A DNA stretch of 64,000 bases from positions 2,469,791 through 2,533,790 of the forward strand of contig NW_005202428.1 in NCBI RefSeq assembly GCF_000372725.1, given 5' to 3'. This DNA is from Emiliania huxleyi CCMP1516. Lineage: Eukaryota. Shown here piece by piece: positions 55,724 to 64,000 of this stretch. Under the pieces are notes generated by a model. It had not been told where the DNA came from and did not search any database. It saw only the letters and a list, made by a program, of their open reading frames with translations. How positions within the stretch are numbered: position 1 is the first letter of the stretch; every line of letters begins with the position of its first letter. A program made the position numbers and the translations under genes.

Positions 55724-57132
55724 CCCCTCATTATCCACCTCTGAGAAGGGGGCCGCCACAGACCGAGGGTCGTAATGCAACAGCGGCACCGTCCTGTTGC
55801 TCTGCTCCGCCGCCGCCCACACTGCTCGGGCGAGCCTCACCGCCATTCCGCTCGCCCTGCTGTCGACAACGACCGCCCGCACGAAGCGCTGGAGCCCGTC
55901 GTCGCCGCTGTCCGCAATGTCGAGCACCAGCTCGTTGTGGCTGAGCGCGCACCAGCGTCCCTCGACGCACCGCTCCGCCTCCATTCCGTCGAGGCACCTA
56001 CACGCACACACACGCGGAGCTCGACAGCGAGTCATCTAAACCGCCCCACTCCGGAAAGCACTTGGCCAGCTCATCCGGCTTGTAGGCGCGGGCGTCGCCC
56101 TCGAAGCCCCATGGCCGCGCCTCGCGCTGTGCGTAGTCGCGGTCCCCGCAGCCTGGAAAGCGTGCGGTCAGGAGGGGCGTTGGCCACGGTCCAAGGCTGA
56201 CGGCAGAGGCTACACGCCGGCCTGGAGTGCAGCCGGCGCCGCCGCCAAATGTGCCGCAGTGGAGCTTCGTCGAGCCGGCATCGAAGGGATAGCAGCATCG
56301 TAATCGACCCCGCAGCACCTTGTGCGGTGGGGACGCAGGAGGCTAGCCGCTATGTCACGGTCACACGTCTCGGTCGACAGGGCCTCGCCTCGGCGTCGAG
56401 CAGCACGGCGGGCAGGTGTGTGTAGCCGGCCTCCGCGAGCAGCGGCACATTCGAGGCGTCGTAGAGGCCGGGAGAGCGAAGGCTGAGGAGGCTGCAGGAG
56501 AGGCGATCACCCCACGGATGGCTGCGGTCGGGCACGCCGAGAGTGTCCCACAGCGTGCGGGCGGGCGGCGGCAGGCCGCCAGGTGAACCGTTGAAGCCCG
56601 ACATGTCAATCCCCTGTGAGAGTGGGTGAGGGCATGTGAGGAGCGAGGAGGGACAAGGTGCTGAATGATGTGTCTTAGAGCTCTCCTGGCCATCCAGCAC
56701 GTGGGCCAGCACGCCCGCGGCGCCGCCCCACTGACCATTCAGGATGGTGACGATGGTCGAGGATGTCGGTGGCGACGGCGGTGGCTGCGGTGGCGGTGAC
56801 AGAGTTGTCGATGGAGGCGGCTGCGGCGGCAGACGCGATGGTAATGGAGGCGGCGGTGGTGGCAGAGGCGATGGTAATGGAGGCGGCGGTGGTGGCAGCG
56901 GTGGCAGCGATGGAGGCGACGGCAGCACAGGCGACGGCAGCGCAGCTAGCCACACGAACAGAGGTGTTGATGCAAGGAGCAGTGCGGCTGCGGCATATCC
57001 TCTCGAGCAAACAAGCCTGGGCTTGAGGTCGGTGTCTCCACTGCTGTCATCGAGCGGGACGATGCTGTGGCTCGCGTGCAGGTGGTTGAGCATACGCGCT
57101 TCGACGGGCGCTGTGGCGGTTTCCCTCGACAC
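55724..57132 (-). CDS. Hypothetical Pro-rich membrane protein, copy 2
   Basis: Matches copy 1 apart from R>N near the N-terminus. Confidence 0.55.
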
Positions 57133-57399
57133 TCCCCGCTCATTTCACTCTCTGTCTACTGTCTGTGTCTTGTCCTGGGTGGATCTGTGTGTCGCTCCTG
57201 TGGGACCTTCACCGCCCGTCTTGCGTCCACCCACATCGAGTGAGAGAGAGAGGGACACACAGATCCGCGCTGGTTGGTGTCCCAGTGCCAGTCCTCTTGG
57301 TCGGAAGACTGTGTTTCGCCTTCCTATCAATCAAACTGTGTACAAAAGTCCGACGCCCAACCAGCCTTCGCTCTGTCCCCAATCTCTCATGACCCGGCT

Positions 57400-58088
57400 C
57401 TAATCCTTCTTCCCCATCGCGGCTGATTGCGCAGCGGACATAGCAGCCCCGCCTGCGTCCTTCACCTTGTCCATGACGCCGCCGAGGCTGTCGTCGATGG
57501 CCGCCTGATAAGGGAAGCAGGTGCAGGTGGAGAAGGCGCGATGAGAAGACTACACACGCTGTCGGGGCGGTATCTCCGCCCTCGTCTCTCTATGCATCGA
57601 CCTGGTGCTTGAGCAGGATTGGCCGCAGCATCTTGTAGACCAGCTGTGCGGGCAATGGGCCATGAGATGACGCGTGCACGGTATGCAGTCGTACGTGGTT
57701 GCACCCCGGAGTGCGGGGGGGGGGCTTGCGCTTGTGCTTTGGAGGTGTGCATGCAGCCGTACCTTTGCTCCGCCGAGAGCCAGGAAGACGACGGCTCCGA
57801 GCTTGATCTCGTTGTAGAAGGGGATGATGAATAGGACCTGCCGAGGGTCAGCGCGAAATATGGCTGAGATGAGGCTAGAGGTCAGCCGACACGGCAAGAT
57901 CCAACTCCACAAAGGGCAAGACCCACGTAGTCAGCGATGGACTCGATGAAAGCCAGGAGCGAGTACACAAACCAGAAAGTCAGCCATTTGGTGTCGTCGT
58001 CGCCCGCCTCGGACTCGAGCGCCTTGAAGGAGAGGTAGCCGCAGACGAGGAGAATGGCGTTGGTGATGAGGCCGCAGAACGGGATCAT
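57400..58088 (-). CDS. HVA22/REEP/YOP1 family protein, copy 2
   Basis: Same exons as 38570-39258. Confidence 0.9.
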
Positions 58089-58942
58089 GCTGGCTCGTGG
58101 CAGGCGCTCGGCGAGTACCACCAGCGGCCGCGTAAAAACAGCTTGCGAATGCGGCCGTCCAATTTTAGTGTTTTTCAGGTTTTCATCATCACGTTAGTGC
58201 ACCATTACTCATCTGGCTCTGAACGACTGCCAAAGGTGAGGTAGGAGTCCACGGTGCTCCCCCCATCTAGCACAGCATCTTGGTAGCTGTGCCTGTGCCC
58301 TGTGGCGCGAACAGACAGCTTCGTTCATTCAGCTTTTCTCGCCCGCCGTCTGCTGAGGGCGAGGCGCCGAGCTACGGTTCCAACGCTGCAGCACTCTCTC
58401 TCTATTCACAGTAGAGATGGCGACGCGTCCTTACGCGCGCGTCCTCCGTCCCCACCTAGCACCTTGCTCTCTGCTTCAACGTGCTGCCATGGAGCCAGCG
58501 CGCCTCGCGCCATGATTCAATCCGGATACAGCGCTCAGCAGGAGTCGGACGACCTTCGACGGCTCTGTATATGGTCTAAATGGAATATGGAAAGCGGGAT
58601 AACCTTTCTACATACCTATAGTGCATAGACAGAGAGCGCGTGAGCCGTCGGGGCTGGGTGTGGGTAGCCTGTTCTGTAGATCTAAACTGTGTATATGTCA
58701 CATGATGTATGTCGAGTGCAGAGTGGAGTATTTTTGGGGTTCATTCGTTTTCGTTAACGTTCTTTTTGTGCATTGTGGCCATTTCGGTTTTCGCATTCGT
58801 GTGAATTTCAATTTTGAAATCGACCGTTTCAAATCTCGAATAATCTCGTGGCAAGACGAGAGATCACAGGCACATGAGACCTTCGGTCGTGCCTCACAGA
58901 CGCCCAAAACGCGGCCGCGGTAGTCCACCCGTCCTCATCCGT

Positions 58943-59788
58943 TCATGAAGAGCCCACCGAAGCGCCGCCGCGGGAGTACCGCCCCCGCAGATACTCGACA
59001 ATGTCGGCGCTCTCGGCCAGCTGCACGCCGCTATTTGGGTCGAGCAAGAAGGGGCATTGGCTCGACCCGCCCGTGAGTATTTTGAGCTCCTCGCGGCGCG
59101 GGCTGCCCTTGCCGGCGGAGCGGAGCTCGTACGGCAGGTCGAGCTCGCAGAGCACCTGAAGGAGAAGGGAGTGGGATGCTACCAGCTGCGGGGAGAGGGC
59201 GGCGGTGGGGCAGCGTGCGGCCCGCGCCTCTCTCACAAGGCGGCAAAATTGGTTGCCCTCGTACGAGTAGAGGACGAGCGGCCGGTCGGGCGGGGCCGGC
59301 AGAGCAGACTTGTCGACCAGCCCCCCGCGGCCGAGGCGCAGCGCAGAGGCGACGAAGCCGGTGCCGACGCCCGGCACGTCCACGGTTGCGCCGTACTTTG
59401 CAATCAGGTGGCGGCAGATTTCTTCCGACTCAAAGAGCCGAGTATCGCCGTCGAGGAGGAAGGGCACCTGCACATTACTCCCGGCGGCGGCGGCGTACTC
59501 GGCGAGAGCGTCGCGGGAGCGAGAGCCGCGCGCGGACGGGACGAGGTTGACGACCATATCGAGCTCGGTTGCAACCTCTCGCACACGTCGGCAGAAGTGG
59601 CAGCCCTCCATGTCGTACAGCGTCGGCGGCGCTTGGTCTGTCTGGCCGCCGCGGCTGCCCTCAGTGACCGTCACACCTCGAGGCAGGCGTGCAATGGAGG
59701 CAAACCCGCTGGTGAGGGTGTCGAGAGGCGTGAGGTTCGGCACAAGGGCGGCAACAGCCGCAAAGGCAAAGGCTGGTGAGGGTGTCAT
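58943..59788 (-). CDS. Tandem GST-N/glutaredoxin-domain protein, copy 2 (CHFC variant)
   Basis: Same ORF as 40113-40958 with CPFC>CHFC. Confidence 0.9.
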   Translation of the reverse strand: MTPSPAFAFAAVAALVPNLTPLDTLTSGFASIARLPRGVTVTEGSRGGQTDQAPPTLYDMEGCHFCRRVREVATELDMVVNLVPSARGSRSRDALAEYAAAAGSNVQVPFLLDGDTRLFESEEICRHLIAKYGATVDVPGVGTGFVASALRLGRGGLVDKSALPAPPDRPLVLYSYEGNQFCRLVREARAARCPTAALSPQLVASHSLLLQVLCELDLPYELRSAGKGSPRREELKILTGGSSQCPFLLDPNSGVQLAESADIVEYLRGRYSRGGASVGSS

Positions 59789-60231
59789 TGCACGTCTGCT
59801 ATGGCTGCAGCACTGTCAAGCTCTCCAACCGCGGCAGAAGGCAGGCAGGGTTCGGACTTTTTGCGGGGTATGGTATGTGCCACGAGACAATTTCCCCCCC
59901 GCCTGCTGACAGACCTACTTGGGGGTATGGTAGGGCTAGTCTTGGGCGGTCGGGACCAATGATCCCCTCTTTGGGCCGCGAGGGTACCATACCATACCCC
60001 GGAAAAAGTTGGAACCCAGTGCGGGAGAGAAGAAGAAGAATTCTAGGTCCCAAAGAATTGCAGAACAGCTGAGTCGACTCCCATCCTCCCATCCCTCCCT
60101 GGGTTCTCTGTTTTCTTTCTTCCCCCCCTCCCTTGGGTTCGCTGTTTTCTTTCTTGTTACTTGTATCCCTCCCTTGGGTTTTCTCTTCTCTTCTCTTCTC
60201 TTTCTTTCTTTAAAGGCTGAGTCGTCCCAAA

Positions 60232-60620
60232 TCAGCAGTTCACCCTCGGGTATATGTTCGTAAGAACCACATACACTGAAAATCCTGCTCGCTGCAGGTG
60301 GGGGCGACCTTGTGGTCCTCTCCCATCCGCCATCCTCCCTCGTTTGGGACGTCTGTTTTGATTCTTTTTTTCGAGGTTCCCGTCCCTTGGGCTGTCTTGG
60401 AGTACTTGTCTGTTTTCTTTCTTTTCTCGATGGCCCCCGGAGAGTGACTCTCCGAGAAAGCAGCCGTTCCAACGGCAGACGAGGATGAAGAGGAGGAAAA
60501 GCCCGTGGTACAGCACTTCGACGCGGTCGCCGAGGCTCAGTTTGAGACGTAGCGCGGCAAGGGACAGAAGGAGCGCAGCCGCCATAGGCCAGCTGCCGCC
60601 GCGGCAGAGAGATGCCATGG
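60232..60620 (-). pseudogene. Truncated copy of the EF-hand gene (EF-hand region replaced)
   Basis: The N-terminus is shared with 41947-42134, but 515 bp of copy 1 is replaced by an unrelated 129 bp. Confidence 0.5.
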
Positions 60621-61924
60621 CAATTGAGCGACGAGGCCGACGGTTTTGGTTGATCGCGAAAACGGACGTAAGTACCGCTCGTTTCATGGGCCGGCGGTAC
60701 GTCAATGAATAATAAAGAATTAACGGTGGCTACGTGCGGCTGCGGCTGCGAGAGGGGCTGCCGTCGATGACTAGCCACACCACCTCCTCCGGCAAGTCCT
60801 TTCGCCGCCAAAGCGCGTACGTACCGACCGGTATTACACGTACGTACGAACCATGGTACGAACAAAAGCCGTTCTTGCCCCGCCGCGGTACGTTTACACG
60901 CGCCTGAAAGCGATAACTCGGGCGCCGTTCAAATTAAACCCAACATGCAACAACTGCACGCGCTCAAATTAAAACATCAGAAAGTCAGGACCTTAAATAC
61001 GAGCGTCATTTTGTATGCCCACCCACCCTTGTTCGTGGGGACCCCCCCGCCGGTCGGTGGCCTGCCCCCGAGGTGGACCGGACCCCCCCTCCGGTCGGTC
61101 GCTCTCTCGGCGGCGGGAGGTGTGACGACCGACCCCCCCCTCGGTCGGTGTCCTTGCCGTGAGCCCCCTCAAACGCTCTCTCTCCCTCCTTCTCGCCATG
61201 CCGCCACGGGCGCTTCGAAATCGCCGGTTTTCACTATGAAAACTAGTTACGCAGCCAAGCGCCAAGGAGACTTCTTCGCCGAGGCCCGAGCAAGCCCGAC
61301 CCCACACATATGTGGAGCATCTACGCAGTCGCAGGCGGCCTGGTCCTGCTTGCCGTCTCGCTTTGTACAAGCTCTGGTCGCGCTCAAGCGGCTCGTCAAC
61401 GGGTACAGTGTGTCGCCGGCGAAGCTAATCGTATGGACGACGACGACCAGAGTGTGGACATGGACCAGCTCGTGTTCCGACCCAATCCTGAGCGTCTCGG
61501 TCTCGTGTCTCGAGCTCAGCCGCCACTCGGACGACGATCGACGAGGAGTGATTAGACGGGGAGTGAGAGCGAGAGGGCGCTTGGTCTCTGTATTTCGAGA
61601 TACTAATTTATTCACAGCTGCGGCGAGCGTGTGCGGTGTGTGTGACCCTCGAGCCAACCCGACCGACCCCCCCTCGGTCTGCGCTCCGAGCGACCGACCG
61701 GACCCCCCCTCCGGGCCGTCCGGTCTGCGGTCTTCCGCGGCCCGCGTCGACCCCGGACCCCCCCCCTGCGGTCGGTCGGTCTCTGCGCTGGGCGCTCAAA
61801 CCGCAAACTCGGCCTGTTCACTACAAGATGACGCTCGTATAACTAGGACATTTTAATCACACACATCACGTCTGAAGAAAATAGGTGGGCGCACACTAAT
61901 ACAAAAATGAAGCTGTGGCTCCCG

Positions 61925-63712
61925 CTAAATGGACCCGAAGGCCCCGGTAAACGACCCAAAGAGAGCGGTGTCCTTGGTAATGGCGAGGAGCGGACCCGAC
62001 TCCTCGATCGAGTCTGCAAACTTCTCGTAGTGCGAAGTGTCGTCGCTGGAGGACACGTCCGGCGCAATGTACGGCTCCATGGTCTTGTTGTACAGCGCCG
62101 CCCAGTTGAGCCCGCGGTACCACTTTTGCTTCTTGATCTCCTCCGCGCCCCCGCCGTTCTTCGTGCTGCCGATGCGCTTTGTGCGGTCGGCGGTGAGGAG
62201 CTTGCGAATCAGCTCCTTGGCGGTGGGCTCGAAGTGGCGCGGGCACTCGTGCCTGCCCGAGGGGAGCCGAGGAGAGCCGAGGTGAGCCGATGCGAGCCGA
62301 GGTGAGCGGCTCCTGTAGATGGTGTCGCGCCTCCCCGCGAGGATCTTTTGGTAAATGCCGAAGGGCGAGTCGTCAAAGAAGGGGGGGTAGCCCGCCTGGG
62401 GGGGAGGGGAGGAGCACCGCCGGAGGGGGTGGGAGTGCGACCCCCCCTGTGAGCCGGACACCGCCGACTCCGAGCGCTCCGCCAACCGCCTGCGGGAGGA
62501 GTGGGTGGGTCGCATCTAGGGGCAGCCCGCCAGCATCTCGTAGATGACGATGCCGAGCGCCCACCAGTCGACCGCAAAGTTGTGCCTGGGAAAGAAAAGG
62601 GGGCGCCGGACTCACAGAAAGCGGTGAGCCGCGCGCGCCGTCGAGTGCTGCGTCGCCCCCCCTGGACTGGATGATCTCCGGCTAGATCTCGGCCAGATCT
62701 CGGCCAGATCTCGGCTAGATCTCGGCTAGAGTCGCGCCCCTTGGACTGGATGATCTCCGGCGCGAGGTACTCGGGCGTGCCTACAGGGAGGGAGAGAGGC
62801 ACGCAGTCACAACACGCAGCCACCGGCAGGCAGGCTCGGCTCCTCACCCGCTGCAGAGATCTCCCCGCAGGCACAGCTCTCCCGAGGTGCTCTGTGCGAG
62901 GTGCTCTCGCGTGCCGCACAGAGTGCGGGTGCGGTCCTCTCGGGCGATCTCGGGCGATCTCGGGCGATCTCGGGCGTGCCGCAGAGAGTCCAGGTGCGGT
63001 CCGCCACGCGCTTGGCGAACCCGAAGTCGACCAGCTTGAGGAAGCCGCGCCTGAGCAGCGGGGCGGAGCAGCGGGGGCGGAGCAGCGGGGGCGGGTGACT
63101 CGCGGGCGAGGGCGAGGAGAGAAGGGAGGGAGGCGAGGGGAGGTGCGGCCGGATCTCTCGGCGGATCTCGGCGGATCTCGGCCGGATCTCGCCCGTCGAG
63201 CAGCAGGTTCTCCGGCTTGAGGTCGCGGTACACGACGCCGATCCCGTGCAAGTGCTGCACCGCCATCACGGCCTGCGCGAGAGGCAGCAAAGATGCAGCA
63301 AAGAGGCAGCCGAGAGGCAGCCGAGAGGCAGCCGAGAGGCAGCCGAGCAGCCGAGAGGCAGCCGAGAGGCAGCCGAGAGGCAGCCGAGAGGCAGCCGAGA
63401 GGCAGCCGAGGCCGTGCAGGCGCTGTCGTCGCCTGCGCGGCGTAGAAGCGCGCGCCCTCGTTGGAGAAGCGCGCGGCCTAAGGGACGGGGACACGTCCGC
63501 GACACGTCCGAGCCACGCCCGAGCCACGCCCCTCTGTGTGTGGGGGGGGTGGCGGTGTAGCTGGCGGCCGCCTTGCGGAGGTGGGAGAAGAGCTCTCCGC
63601 CAGGCACGTACTCGAGCAGCATGTACAGGCTCCTCTCGTCCTGAGTATAACATAATATAATATAATATATAATAGTACTCGAGCAGCAAGTACAGGCTCC
63701 TCTCGTCCTGAG
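61925..63712 (-). CDS. PKA catalytic subunit-like kinase, copy 2 (5' part beyond window)
   Basis: Same exons and motifs as copy 1. Confidence 0.93.
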
Positions 63713-63937
63713 GGGAGAGGCGGCACAGCTGGCCGCCCTAGCTCACCGCCCTGCCTCCTGCCTCTTGCGTGACGTCGGCGAGTGCTGTCTCGCTCTCGGG
63801 CGGCTCGCGCGGGCTCCTCTCGTCTGGAAGGCGTGTCTCCATGTGCGTGTGCGTGTGCGTGTGCATGTGCATGTGCATGTGCATGTGCATGTGCATGTGT
63901 CGCGGAGAGAGCGAAGAGAAGGAGAGAGAGAGAGTGG

Positions 63938-64000
<63 letters not shown>

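Larger units (their letters stand above)
55724..64000 (+). repeat. Second copy (allele or segmental duplication) of 36894-55600, lacking the retrotransposon
   Basis: Near-identical collinear sequence with few SNPs/indels; starts right after the 100-N gap. Confidence 0.95.

Noticed and set aside
55340..55775. ORFs with HA/CA/QTDR repeats
   Set aside because: Translations of microsatellites and N gap.

Overview
This is a GC-rich eukaryotic genomic window with many short GC-AG and GT-AG introns, 10-11 nt intronic tandem repeats, (TTAGGG)n tracts and two 100-N gaps. That style is consistent with a haptophyte such as Emiliania/Gephyrocapsa huxleyi (inference). It holds about 18 recognisable host genes: GT8, NDUFA1-like, BolA, lipin, amino-acid transporter, PDI-like, RPH/PEP-utilising phosphotransferase, mL43, TPR-metallo-beta-lactamase, MAPEG, HVA22/REEP, GST-N/glutaredoxin, EF-hand and PKA catalytic subunit, plus hypotheticals and several MITE-like elements. 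The stand-out feature is an apparently intact 9.9-kb tyrosine-recombinase retrotransposon (42363-52287) with split direct repeats (A1...B1-A2-B2). Its gag ORF is followed by one 7.7-kb reading frame fusing a bacterial/phage-type C5 cytosine DNA methyltransferase, reverse transcriptase, RNase H, a degenerate adenine-methylase-like segment, a PHD finger and a tyrosine recombinase. The flanking region recurs after the second gap (55724-64000) without the element. This exposes the exact empty site (60836) and shows integration at a single shared A with no target-site duplication.
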